A DNA stretch of 63,488 nt from an uncultured Nitrospiraceae bacterium (GCA_947085205.1 CAMTVO010000009.1:1-63488); one strand, 5' to 3'. Shown: positions 1-10,621, counted from the stretch's first letter. The notes: a model not told the origin generated them from the sequence alone. Numbers and translations are program-made.

Positions 1-17
1 GAACATATTTTGTATAT

Positions 18-46
18 ATCGTATATCATATATATACTGTAGTCAA
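18..46 (-). promoter_or_regulatory. sigma70-like promoter (TTGACT-17-TACGAT) overlapping an inverted repeat, for a gene beyond the left edge
   Basis: Minus strand reads TTGACT acagtatatatatgata TACGAT; GTATATAT..ATATATAC inverted repeat overlaps it. Confidence 0.45.
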
Positions 47-53
47 CTCCTCC

Positions 54-83
54 TCACACACTCCTTGCCTTATCAAGCCTGTT
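54..83 (-). repeat. Diverged second copy of the last 10 codons of the RM gene (NRLDKARSV*)
   Basis: 24/30 nt identical to 4417..4446 (NRLEKAKSV*), stop codon in the same position. Confidence 0.75.
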
Positions 84-170
84 CCCCTCTATTAAGAGGG
101 GACTTCGTCGTGAGCCCTTCGGTCTTGAGCGACTCAGGGTCGAAAGACTCAGTCGAACGATTAAGGTGTG
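84..170. repeat. REP-like palindromic repeat remnant(s)
   Basis: CCCTCT-ATTA-AGAGGG hairpin followed by a nested CTTCG..CGAA/GAGC..GACTC palindromic segment. Confidence 0.4.
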
Positions 171-306
171 TCCATCTCGCAAACAGTTTGGAGGTCTTCC
201 ATCTTTGCCCTTCACAATCGCATCTCCTCCGGGGGGATTGAGCGGGGTGTTGCTTAGTGGAGAGGATTTGGTCAACGAGGGTGATGAAGAGATGCTCCGC
301 TGTCAT

Positions 307-645
307 TCAAAATAAATTGAGCTTTTTAAGAATTTCCAGACTCTTAATAACAAAATCTTCTATATTTATGGATGCTGCATCAATATGAAGCAAAGGATTT
401 TCAAAGGGATGTTCATGATAAAAGCCGCCTTCTTTATCAACTCCATACACCCTTTCACCAGCGACTACAAGAGCCATGTTCAGTTTTTCTTTTGTCTCAT
501 TCGCATAAATCTGTATAAAGATATCATTTGAAAAGCCAATTCGTGAGATTATGGTTATATCTGTATGGTCTAAATCTAAAAGTTTTAAGCCATATCTGTC
601 GGTAATATCTTTTATGGCTTGGATTACTTCTTCAATTCTTGTCAT
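307..645 (-). CDS. Putative toxin, DUF6516/TumE-like
   Basis: 112 aa with a D..xx.HEHP motif near the C-terminus; 4-nt overlap with the upstream small gene. Confidence 0.5.
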   Translation of the reverse strand: MTRIEEVIQAIKDITDRYGLKLLDLDHTDITIISRIGFSNDIFIQIYANETKEKLNMALVVAGERVYGVDKEGGFYHEHPFENPLLHIDAASINIEDFVIKSLEILKKLNLF

Positions 646-911
646 TCGCTCATTGCTTTTATCTTCTTTATTTTTTCTTCAATGTTCCTTATGCCTTCTA
701 CTGCATGCTCCCAGTTCATGGCATCCTGCTCTACTTCCCATAAAAGCCCTTTTTCAGCCACTACATTTTTTTTCTCAAATTCCATAAAACTCATGCCATA
801 TTTTTTCTTGAGCCGTTCGTCTGTTAGCTTGTATAAAACAAGCCTTTTTTCATATTCTCCTAACACAGCTTCTTTTATCTCTTTTTCTGGTAGTAAATCA
901 ACAAGTCTCAT
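642..911 (-). CDS. Putative antitoxin (KKYGMSFxEF...D..xW type)
   Basis: 89 aa helical protein, GGAGGTG RBS, coupled to the downstream gene; palindrome TTTAGTATACTAAA (934..947) upstream fits autoregulation. Confidence 0.5.
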   Translation of the reverse strand: MRLVDLLPEKEIKEAVLGEYEKRLVLYKLTDERLKKKYGMSFMEFEKKNVVAEKGLLWEVEQDAMNWEHAVEGIRNIEEKIKKIKAMSE

Positions 912-1067
912 TTTAACACCACCTCCTCTTGACTTTAGTATACTAAAAGTTGATTACCCTTTCCACAATCGCAATATTTTTATAGAGTTAATAGAAGCTT
1001 CAAGTTTGTAAAAAAATCAAAACCCAAATCTCCGCTTTCATCGAGGTAAAAATAAAGCATTTATCTC

Positions 1068-4000
1068 CTATGTCCTGCTTGGATGCTTCTCATAAATATC
1101 TCTCAAGAATTCATAGCCCCTTGAGCCATAGATATTGCAAATTTTGTTTGCGCTGTCCATTGCGCCGGCATCGTAAAGAAATTCCACTATTGAACGGATA
1201 TGCTTTTGGTCATAGTCAGGAGTAAACTTTTCAAGCATTTTTAAAAAGATTTCGCCAATATATTTTGCTACTTCAACATTATCGCCTTTATCTTTCAGTT
1301 TATCCAAGTACTCAATAAAGAATGATGATTTGAAATTTACATGAACATAAGGTGCTGACAACTTTAGCCACTCAAAGTTTTCACTGTCAATTCGGGGGAG
1401 TATTGCTGCCAATTTTGATGCGCTTGATAGGATTTTCTCATCTTCTTCCTCAAAAGATTGTTTTCCCTTATATTTATCATATAGCAGTTTCCAGAACTCA
1501 AGTATCCTTGTTTTTATCTTTTCATTTTCATCTGAACTCTCAGTGAGATATTCCCTCTGCATCCAGAAGAAGCCAATGATTTCCCTTATTTTGCTATATT
1601 TAAACTTGTCAATTATTTGTTTAAACAGACTGTCAGGCTTCTCAATAGATTCCTGTCCTTTAAGGTATGCTAAGGAGATATGCTGTATAAGGTGTTCATT
1701 GTCCCGTTTTTCTTTAAAATCATATTCAACGCCATACTGATAATGGGGTCTCATTAAACCATAAAGTTCATCATAAACCATTCCAATAGAAAGGTAGCCA
1801 TCTATAAAAGCTTCCCAGTATTTAGTGCCTTTTTCATCTTCAAGGGATTTGATTTTCTCTTTAACCCATTCTTTGTCCAAATAGTAAAGATTTGGTAGAT
1901 AGCGACCAAGATTGACAAATCCTTCTTTGTATCTTTTGTTTAATATATCTTCAAATTTTCCTCTATATTTATCTGTCCACTTTACTTCTTCGGTAACACC
2001 CCTCTGAGCATTAACACGGGCTATACGTAATGCAAGCAATATAAGGGCAGTTAAGGTTTTTCCATGAGGGGTGTTTAAGGTATAGGTAACATAGTCAGTT
2101 ATTTCTTTATCATCTTCTGGCTCTAATCTATCCAGAATTAAAAAGATTATCTTTTCTGCCTTCTCAAAAAGTTTCTCAGGAAATGCCCATGAATCATCTC
2201 TTGTACCCTCCTGAATAAGTTCAGAGACTATTCCTACAACCCATCTATGAGTAGCCTTCCAGTCGTCATCAGTTATTATGAATTTATCCTGCCAGAATTC
2301 AGGGCGGTTAATATATCTTTCAATAAAATTAAGTAACTTTTCCCAATTTATGGCCTTTTTGTTATTCCATGCATCATTAATACCGAATAAAATCTCATAT
2401 ACGTAATAATAAGATGTCTGCAAAAAAGGAGAAAAATCGTTGATAAACTTTTCTGGCCACTCAACAGCAGATTCTTTTAATGCATCAGCAAGCCCGCCAA
2501 CAGTTGGCCCTCTCCATGAATCCTTGGTCTTAAAAGTTCTAAGAAATTCTGCAAGCTTGTCATTAGGCATTTTTATTATTTCCTCTTTTGTAAATGGAGA
2601 CGGCCCGGGTCCCCAGCGTGTTTCAACTTTCCCTATAGCCGGATGTAACGCTACATCCCATTCCGTAATTTTCTTCATTTCCTCATACAAGTTTTTAAAA
2701 TATGAATCATGAGAAAGAGCCTCATAAATTTCCTGTTTATGTAAGGCAATATATTTTTCAGATTCTTCTTTGAAGTCAAGACGTTTTGCGGCATTTTCAA
2801 TTTTTGTATCAAGCATTTTCCTTTGTTCATCTGTCAAATTCTTGAGATTTTTCAAGAGGTGCTTTAATTCATCTCCAAAATATAAAGTCTTCTCCATCAA
2901 GAGGTCGCCTTTTTCTGATTTTAGTATTTCCCAGCATAGATCATTGTATTTGTCCATATTTTGCCCCATAACATAAAGCGCCATTTTGGAAAAGTAGAAA
3001 TATTTATCTTCAATAAATTGCTTCAATGTTATTCTGGCAGTAGTTACATCTCTTTTGGCTTTTGCAAGTAGCACTCTCTTGAGAATAAAAGTAAGCATCT
3101 CCATTGGTTCGGTGATATGATGCTCTCTTTCGTCATAGAAAGAATAATATGTCTCATCTTCTTCGCTTTTAAGCAGGCTTTTTATTTTCTTAGTCAAATC
3201 TTCAACAACTTTAGCTGTGCATTTTTCTCCGATAGTCTCCGAGTATTTTTTAAAGGCTTCTTCCAACCAGTACGAGTCAATAACGAGCCTTGCTTCTTTC
3301 TGTTCGCCGAGTAATTTTGCCCTTTCTTCAGATAATGGTACCGTTTTAAATGCTGTGATATAGTCAACAATTCTTTCAGCTTTTTTAATGTCTTCTGGAG
3401 TCGGTTTTTCAGGTAGAAATTTTGGCAATAATTTAGTTGCTATCTCTGAACCTTGCAAATCTGCATCAAACTTGGAATCAAGCCAGATGGGGATTAGGTC
3501 AATAATATCAATGGGTATTTTGTCAGGAGGGATATTGCAAAGGATTTTTACAAAATAATACCATGTGCGGTAGTTGTCAATATGTTGCTCGTTGGAATCC
3601 CTGTAGTTCGAGACATCTTTGATTATTGCGAGTAGATCATCAATATATTTTTCATTGCCTGGAATCGTCACTTGCTGAGAAACTTTTTCTAAATACGGTA
3701 AAACATTCCATTGAGGGATAGTAAAATAACCTTCTTGGTCAGCAGGTTTTGGAGATGGAGCTTCTTCAGGTTTAAAGTAACCACGTTCAAATAAAAGACT
3801 AAACCATTGTACGAATGTAAGTTTATTAAAGAAGTATCTTCTTCTTATCTCATTTTGTAATAGGTTGCTTAATGTTTCCAAGATTTCTTTTGTAGGCTGG
3901 TCATAAGTTAATACTTGGTCTACCAATGTAAGCAAATTTAAATAATTCCCTACTAAACGGTGTAAAACTTTTCTTTCAAATTGTTTCCATAAATCGTCAA

Positions 4001-4415
4001 ATGCTTCTTTCTCTCTGGTTGTTTTCCATGAACCTTGTCTATGTGCATATTTGTGAAAGTCCCTTGCGATTTTATGCCATTCATTAGCAAATTCATCATT
4101 GGTATCTACTCCGAGAATTTTGCATATTTCATCAATATGAGAATTTTGTTTTCTTGTAGCATCACATTGTGAACATTTTTGAACCTCTGATTTCTTTCCC
4201 GAAGCAAAAATATCTCGTATTCCACCTTCAATTTCTCTTGCTATATGTGCCAGCAAATAAGGTTTTGAACTAAAGTTACTTCTAAATATCTTTACTCCAT
4301 CATAATAGAGAGTAGATATTTCTTCTCCAACTTCATTCAGTCCATTAAAAATACTACGCTGATACTCATCTAACAGAGACATATCCATATTTTCGTTCGG
4401 CTTGTTTAAGTTCAT
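1068..4415 (-). CDS. Large uncharacterised helical protein, probably defence-associated
   Basis: 1115-aa ORF; ATG at 4415 lies 1 nt after the RM stop; AT-rich; N-terminal AHxxRE...FHKYAH and CxxC. Confidence 0.7.
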   Translation of the reverse strand: MNLNKPNENMDMSLLDEYQRSIFNGLNEVGEEISTLYYDGVKIFRSNFSSKPYLLAHIAREIEGGIRDIFASGKKSEVQKCSQCDATRKQNSHIDEICKILGVDTNDEFANEWHKIARDFHKYAHRQGSWKTTREKEAFDDLWKQFERKVLHRLVGNYLNLLTLVDQVLTYDQPTKEILETLSNLLQNEIRRRYFFNKLTFVQWFSLLFERGYFKPEEAPSPKPADQEGYFTIPQWNVLPYLEKVSQQVTIPGNEKYIDDLLAIIKDVSNYRDSNEQHIDNYRTWYYFVKILCNIPPDKIPIDIIDLIPIWLDSKFDADLQGSEIATKLLPKFLPEKPTPEDIKKAERIVDYITAFKTVPLSEERAKLLGEQKEARLVIDSYWLEEAFKKYSETIGEKCTAKVVEDLTKKIKSLLKSEEDETYYSFYDEREHHITEPMEMLTFILKRVLLAKAKRDVTTARITLKQFIEDKYFYFSKMALYVMGQNMDKYNDLCWEILKSEKGDLLMEKTLYFGDELKHLLKNLKNLTDEQRKMLDTKIENAAKRLDFKEESEKYIALHKQEIYEALSHDSYFKNLYEEMKKITEWDVALHPAIGKVETRWGPGPSPFTKEEIIKMPNDKLAEFLRTFKTKDSWRGPTVGGLADALKESAVEWPEKFINDFSPFLQTSYYYVYEILFGINDAWNNKKAINWEKLLNFIERYINRPEFWQDKFIITDDDWKATHRWVVGIVSELIQEGTRDDSWAFPEKLFEKAEKIIFLILDRLEPEDDKEITDYVTYTLNTPHGKTLTALILLALRIARVNAQRGVTEEVKWTDKYRGKFEDILNKRYKEGFVNLGRYLPNLYYLDKEWVKEKIKSLEDEKGTKYWEAFIDGYLSIGMVYDELYGLMRPHYQYGVEYDFKEKRDNEHLIQHISLAYLKGQESIEKPDSLFKQIIDKFKYSKIREIIGFFWMQREYLTESSDENEKIKTRILEFWKLLYDKYKGKQSFEEEDEKILSSASKLAAILPRIDSENFEWLKLSAPYVHVNFKSSFFIEYLDKLKDKGDNVEVAKYIGEIFLKMLEKFTPDYDQKHIRSIVEFLYDAGAMDSANKICNIYGSRGYEFLRDIYEKHPSRT

Positions 4416-4416
4416 T

Positions 4417-7400
4417 TTATACACTCTTTGCTTTTTCAAGCCGGTTTTTGACAAGTTCACATACTGCCCAGTAAACCTCCTTCCGTTCATTTTCCGTCAA
4501 ACCAAGGATGTCAAATACAATATCGTCAAGGGCTTTACGCTCAGGTAGAGGATTCGGCTTTTGCTCACGGACTGGATGGGCAGGGTTTAACCCACACTGG
4601 TCGTAGATTGAGAGATTGCACTTATCAGAAAAGTTAATCAAAACCTCTTCTATAAACTTATCATTGCGCTTGATTCTTGATGGATCAACACTGAGCAAAT
4701 CTGAAACTTCATATGTTTGTATTTTTAAAAGCCCACCACCAAAATTGGACCGCCCAATCATATTTATAAAAAATTGACAGACAATGCTGTTTAAAACAAC
4801 GGCCAACGAAACGTAACTCTTTGAGGAGTGAATCTCTTGAAAATTATCACTGAACCATGTGCCCTTTCGACTGCAATAGAAGCGCATGTAATCATTAACA
4901 AGATAATTACAGGCTAAAAAGCATTCTGGTCGTCCTGAAAGTGACCACCACTTATCACGAGGTTTGCATGTTGGACGTTGATTGAACTTTTGTCGTTCAC
5001 CCCATTTGATATACAGGTTTAGGCCTTGTGACAGTTTAGCTTTCTGATCGAGAAGCAATAAGTGCTTATTCAGGTCTGAAGATTTTATGTAAAGCGAATC
5101 AACATCTCTCGGACTGAGAACTGCAAATGGCAAATATTTTTCCTCAATTCTGATCCCTTTCGGTAGTCCTTCGTTTTTCGGAATAAGTTCATAATATTTT
5201 CCGTCTTTCTTTAAATCAAAGTGCTTGCTCGGAAGATAGAAGAACTCGTTACAGCCAGTAGTAAAGCCACGCCTCACCTCTGCTATATCACCCAATCTAA
5301 CAAGTTTTCCTTTTCCCTTCTCAAGGATCGTAAAGAAAATATCCGGCGCCCGAAGATATTTTCCGCCCCATTTATTGCCTTCGTATTTTCCAGTGATGAA
5401 TTTTTCTTTCAGGAGGGATTGAGATTGCTTCGTCGCTTTGCTCCTCGCAATGACAGTCTTTTCTTCTGACTCCTGACTTTCCTCTTCCGGCTTCTCCCAT
5501 CCCTCTTCAAGGAGCGTCTCCTGTTTCACGGGATATACCCGGTAAGATTCAGTCTTGTGGATAGAATCGGCTTTTTCAATGGCAAGAAGGTTCTTGGTGT
5601 TTATCGCCTCCTCGAAAGGCTTCTTTAACATGACAAAGCGTGCAGTCTCTTTCAGCGCAGGCCATAAATTCCCCTTTTTTTCAATTATTGGTGGACCTAA
5701 AAGGGCTATTATTGTATTAACATCCGCATGTTCAAAGCTCCTCTTTGCCTCGTTATCGTAGATCGCTTTGACGTGGCAATACTTGAGAAGGAATTCCTGC
5801 AAGTCCTTGCCGTATCCAACATCGAGCCATGAATTGGAAGTAATGAAACAGAAAGCACCTTTCTCATTAAGGAGTGAAAGGCCATGGAAGTAAAAGTAAA
5901 TGTAGTAGTCGCTCTTTTTATCGAGCTTCTTCACAAAAGGATAATGCACCTGTATTGAACTTAGGAGCTTGTCTTTATATTCCCGCTTATTTTCAAGCGT
6001 CACTTCTGCCTTGAGCTTGTTCGGCGGAGCTATCTTTTCCTGCCTCACATAAGGCGGATTGCCGATGACAATATCAAAGCCGCCTTTGTCGCCGAATATC
6101 TCGGCAAAGTCAATGTCCCAGACGAAAGGCTTCTGCCCGGGAGCCTGTATCTTTCTCTTTGTCTCCCGCAGGTGCTCGATCTCCTGCCCTGCGGCCTTTA
6201 TCTGTTCTTCAAAAAGAGACTTCTGCTTTTCCTCTTTCTTGCTTTCCCCGAACATGCTCATCTGGAGCTTCTGTTTTTCGCCTTCGAGATTCTGAACCTC
6301 TTTCTGGAGAGTGACGATCTTGTCATCCAATATCTCGCCGAATATCCTCAGCTCTTCCTGATGCAGGGATTCGCTGCTTTTGAACTTGGCCGTAGAGTCG
6401 TTGTTATAGTATTTCTCCTTCTCCGACTTCAGAGATGTGAGCCTTCTCTTTAATGCAGGGGAGAGCTTGCTGTCTCTCACATGAAGACTTATGCCGCCGA
6501 CTTCATGGACAAGGGAATCGCCTACTCTCAATTTCATGTTCAGGTTCGGCAGGAGAGGAAAGAGCTTCCTCTGCTCATAGGGGATATCCTCTTCGATAAT
6601 AAGCTGGAGCCACAGCCTCAATTCGGCGGAATGCACAGCCCATGGCATGACATCAACGCCATAGAGCGAATTCCCGATGATCTTTTTCTTGAGTTCGAAT
6701 TCGGTCATCTCCCTGTTTATGTAGCTGTAGATGAGACGATAAAGTTCTGCAAGGACATGGAGCATTCCTACAAGGAAGGCGCCGCTGCCGCAGGCAGGGT
6801 CAACCACGGCAAGGTTATCAAGAAGCTCTTCAAGTCGGTACCAGAGCTTCAGCTTTGAGATATACTCGGCAACAGCCTTCTTGTCCTCGTCAAAGAGAAG
6901 GCGGTATATCCATTCTCTTGACAACTCGGCCATGTGATTTGAAAGATGCTCCACCACCGTCCGGCGGCACATGAAATCAACCTCGACTGTAGGGGTATAA
7001 AAAATGCCGAGATCCTGCCTTTCATAAATTTCCTCCGCAACATTAGACAAGGACTCATACACATAACCGATCATCTGAGGATCAACCGCCACCTCGACTT
7101 CAAGGGGAAGGTCTTCACGAATGGTAAAATTATATTTTTCAAACACGCTGAAGACCGTCTCAAAGAGCCTGTCGCTAATGCTGAAGGGCAGCTCGTCAAG
7201 CTCATTTCTGTGAAAGAGGCCGCCGTTAAGATGTGGGGCATCTGAAAGAATCTTTTTGACATCAGGAGGGATGAAAGGCGAATTCTTGAAGCCCGGATTA
7301 TTATTAAAGGCCTCAAGAAAGAGCACCCTAAGCCAATTTTCATAAAAGGTATTGTCCTTTGCAACGTCCTTCCGCCTTTCCTCTCTGTATCGCTCCCAGT

Positions 7401-8100
7401 ACCACTTGATAAACTTAGAGTCATTGTTAAGCCATTTTTTCTTTGCGATGAAGTAAAGGAACATAAGCCTGTTGAGGAACTGCTGGGAAAGCTCATGAGC
7501 GTTCTTTACAGCTATCTTCTGATTCTCAAAAGTCTTCCTCAGCTCGAAGAAGGCGTTCTTATAGTCCTCGAAGAACCGGTTTGTTACCTTCTCGACGCTG
7601 AAGGCATCCTTCCATCTTTTCTAGATGTCTCTCCAGTGCTCTTCATCGCCGGTGAGGGCAATATTTGAGATTGTAAGCAGGTCTGTGTAGTAAGGATTCT
7701 CTCTGTCGAAGTTGAGCCTTGTGAGCTTGAGCTTGTGCTTTCCTTCTTCAATGCTTTCAAATTCCGGGAATACAAAGGTGTATTCCTTGTAATCGGTTGT
7801 CAGTATGAGAAGAAATCTTAGATATCTATCAGAAAGGCGTTTTGTGAAGTATCTAACCAGCGGAACTGAAAGAGATTTTGTTTCAATGAGGAATATCTGG
7901 AGCTTGCCGTCATAGTTAAAGACAGTGTAGATGTCTTTAACCTTTTCCCTTTCCTCTTTGGCAAACTCAAATTCATCATTCTTTCTTTTGTATGAGGGAT
8001 CGAGGAGCTTGTCTTTTTGATAGCCGAGTCCGAGGAAGAGATCATAAACCCTTTCAGGGGAATCTGTCTTTGTAATAATATCCTGAACATTGATCGCCAT
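4417..8100 (-). pseudogene. Type IIG/Eco57I-like restriction-modification (N6-adenine methyltransferase) gene with one in-frame TAG at 7621..7623
   Basis: GIFYTP, DPACGSGAF and GNPPY motifs; the frame continues across the stop: WRDI*KRWKDAFSVEKVTNRFFEDY...NRLMFLYFI. Confidence 0.85.
5421..5455 (-). repeat. GTCATTGCGAG-type palindromic element inserted in frame in the RM gene
   Basis: Minus strand TGTCATTGCGAGGAGCAAAGCGACGAAGCAATCTC encodes VIARSKATKQS in an acidic linker. Confidence 0.65.
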
Positions 8101-8146
8101 TTATTCCTTCTGTCTTCCCTCAAGATTTAATAATGCACATCGTTTC

Positions 8147-8407
8147 CTAATACCTCTTCTCCTCCACGATCTTGCCGATAATTTGATACCGGTGCCCTTT
8201 CCTGATCTCCATATTCGCATATTTCGGATTGAGTGAGTGCAAGACGGTTGTTTCACCGTAAATCTTCAACTGTTTGAAGGCGGCTTCATCTTCATCGTTC
8301 TTCACGACAACATAGTCCCCTGATTTCGCCTCGACATGAGGATTCACTATGACAATCTCGCCCTCATGAAATTCAGTCCCCATGGAATCACCCTTAACCC
8401 TTGTCAT
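8147..8407 (-). pseudogene. S24/LexA-type peptidase domain fragment lacking the HTH
   Basis: RVKGDSM...GEIVIV...FKQL...IIGKIV; no N-terminal DNA-binding domain. Confidence 0.7.
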
Positions 8408-8499
8408 AACAGGCTTATTTTATCACAAACAGGTTGATTTGATAGAAATATTTAATAAAATGCCGGGAGCAGGGGTAAGAAGATTTGCAAAGTAAAATC

Positions 8500-8577
<78 letters not shown>

Positions 8578-8585
8578 ACTATTGT

Positions 8586-8615
8586 AATTTAATGCATTTT
8601 TGCCTCGGCTGTCAA
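8586..8615 (-). promoter_or_regulatory. Element-supplied sigma70-like promoter for tRNA-Ala, in the integrase 3' end
   Basis: TTGACA-18 nt-TAAATT ending about 10 nt before the tRNA 5' end. Confidence 0.6.
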
Positions 8616-9704
8616 GCCGTTTCCATTGAGTGTCATAAATTTGTAATAATTTTGCGATTTTTTACCCTCCGGATCGCTGTTTTTTGAATTCATGAAAACA
8701 TCGAATTTTTTAACGGCCTCTACCTTATGGCTCGGTGCAAGATGTGCATATCGCAATGTCATGGTTAAGGTCTTATGTCCTAAGAGTTCCTTGACTGTGG
8801 TTATATCCACGCCTGCCATGACAAGATGCGATGCAAAGGTATGTCTGAGGTCATGGAAATGAAAATCCTTAATCCCTGCCCTTCTTAATGCCGTATTAAA
8901 GCTCCGTTTGACATCCCGATAAGGCTTACCGGTAGCGTTATCATAAAAGACATAGGGAATATCGAGTCTCCGCGTAATACCCTGCAAAACGCCTCTCAGG
9001 GTGTCATTGATAGGGATTTCCCGCCTCTCTCCGTTCTTGGTGATGTCAAGAAGGATAAAGCCATGTTTCATGTCGACGTTATCCCACTTAAGAGTGAGTA
9101 TCTCTCCTTTTCTCATGCCGGTATTCAGAGCGGTAATAACTATCGGTTTCAGGTGAGGTTCGCATGCGTTGATAAGGTTCTGGCACTCCTCTTTAGATAG
9201 ATACCTTAAACGCCGGTTGTTCTCTTTGATGTGTTTTACCTTTCTAATGCGCTTTAACACGTCCGCGCTGCACATTTCCCAATCACACGCCTTGCTAATC
9301 ATATGCGCTAATACAGCTATCGCCCTGTTAGCAGTTGCCGGTTTTTTACCGTTAGCGAGGATTTCGGATTGATATTGTTCAATCATCTGCGTGGTAACGT
9401 CGGATAGGTATAGGTTTCCGAACCTCGTAACCAGTTTTTTGACAAGATAGCTTTTCCACCGCTTAAACGCCCTCTGCCTGCCCTGCGCCCATGCGGTGTA
9501 TTGTTCGGCTAACTCATTGAACGATGTTTCGGGTTTTTCCTGCCGTTCCTCTGGTATCCACTGGCCTAACGCTATCTTGCCCCGGACGGCATCGTGTATC
9601 CGTTGCGCTATTGCCTTGTCCGTTGTGCCTGTTGAACGCTGGTATTGCCTGCCCTGGTAAGAAAAGGACATCCACCATGTGTTTTTTCTCTTATAGAGTC
9701 CCAT
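8589..9704 (-). CDS. int: Tyrosine recombinase (integrase)
   Basis: TGMRKGE, FHFHDLRHTFASHL, LLGH and RYAHL catalytic motifs; adjacent to att. Confidence 0.96.
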   Translation of the reverse strand: MGLYKRKNTWWMSFSYQGRQYQRSTGTTDKAIAQRIHDAVRGKIALGQWIPEERQEKPETSFNELAEQYTAWAQGRQRAFKRWKSYLVKKLVTRFGNLYLSDVTTQMIEQYQSEILANGKKPATANRAIAVLAHMISKACDWEMCSADVLKRIRKVKHIKENNRRLRYLSKEECQNLINACEPHLKPIVITALNTGMRKGEILTLKWDNVDMKHGFILLDITKNGERREIPINDTLRGVLQGITRRLDIPYVFYDNATGKPYRDVKRSFNTALRRAGIKDFHFHDLRHTFASHLVMAGVDITTVKELLGHKTLTMTLRYAHLAPSHKVEAVKKFDVFMNSKNSDPEGKKSQNYYKFMTLNGNGLTAEAKMH

Positions 9705-9813
9705 AGGTTTTCTCCTTATTAACCCGTGGGCCCTGCAAATCCGTTGTCAAAGAGCTGATATGATTATACATGATTTTTAAAAAAAGAAAAAAACAAAAAA
9801 AATGAGATAAAAC

Positions 9814-10068
9814 TCATTGCGTGCGTGATATTCTCTCGATGAATGTCGATAACTCCCGAATGTCATCCCGGATCATGTGCAGGAATTCGGTTATATCAGG
9901 TTCAAGGCATTCCTGTTTGTCGGCGAGGAGCATTTCGATCGCCCCTGCCATTGCCTGTGTGCGGTTGATAATCATATCGGTTAGGCACTGGATATGGTTT
10001 TTTTCCAGTGCCTCGCTGATGCAGGTATCCCCGCTGCTGCAGAATATTGAGCACCTATGCCTGCGCAT
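9814..10068 (-). CDS. Hypothetical protein
   Basis: 84 aa; 1-nt overlap with the upstream gene. Confidence 0.55.
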   Translation of the reverse strand: MRRHRCSIFCSSGDTCISEALEKNHIQCLTDMIINRTQAMAGAIEMLLADKQECLEPDITEFLHMIRDDIRELSTFIERISRTQ

Positions 10069-10400
10069 TATTTATAAAATTCCCGCGCGTTCCAGTCGCC
10101 GCTGGAATAGAATTCTGATTTTTTCACTGTTCCGCCCTCTCGCTGTTTCCGTTTTTCCGGTGCCGGGCCTGCCGCCGCCTGCCTCGCCTGTTCCCGTGAT
10201 TCCTCGGCCTGCCGCTGTAATTCCGCCGCCTGTTCACGAACAACATCCTGCAGTTGTTGTTCGGTAATATTGCCCGGATTTTTGAGCATTGAAATAATTT
10301 TATGCTTGAATTTCTCCACGTCCGCCCGCCCGAAATCGATAGCGTTCAACAGCGCTATCAGCGCCGCGATTGCCGCGGCGGATTTTGCAAGGTTAATCAT
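10068..10400 (-). CDS. Hypothetical protein (hydrophobic N-terminus, coiled coil)
   Basis: 110 aa, GGAGG RBS. Confidence 0.6.
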   Translation of the reverse strand: MINLAKSAAAIAALIALLNAIDFGRADVEKFKHKIISMLKNPGNITEQQLQDVVREQAAELQRQAEESREQARQAAAGPAPEKRKQREGGTVKKSEFYSSGDWNAREFYK

Positions 10401-10411
10401 ATTTTTGCCTC

Positions 10412-10612
10412 CTATTCTATCGCGCCGTAATTGTCATCCGTGGCCTCAACGAGGCCCTCGGCTATCGCGCATCCCCGGCATAGTACTGTTTTCCCGACGC
10501 GGTAAAAATCGCACCAATCTGATGGGTCGTTCGAGTTTTGTGCTCCACAACTCGAGCACATAATTTCGAATTCATAATATTTTTTAAGATTGATTTTTTC
10601 TATACTTCCCAT
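10412..10612 (-). CDS. Small Zn-finger-like protein
   Basis: CxxC...CxxC; GAGGGAG RBS. Confidence 0.6.
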   Translation of the reverse strand: MGSIEKINLKKYYEFEIMCSSCGAQNSNDPSDWCDFYRVGKTVLCRGCAIAEGLVEATDDNYGAIE

Positions 10613-10621
10613 CGCTCCCTC

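Noticed and set aside
54..306. 73- and 77-aa ORFs
   Set aside because: Mostly translate REP-like repeat sequence; only the last 10 codons of one are meaningful
4416..4490. 75-nt N-terminal extension of the large ORF given in the track
   Set aside because: It overlaps the conserved RM C-terminus; the ATG at 4415 gives clean coupling
7621..7623. Pyrrolysine or programmed amber readthrough
   Set aside because: No pyl genes or suppressor tRNA in the window; a TGG-to-TAG change is simpler
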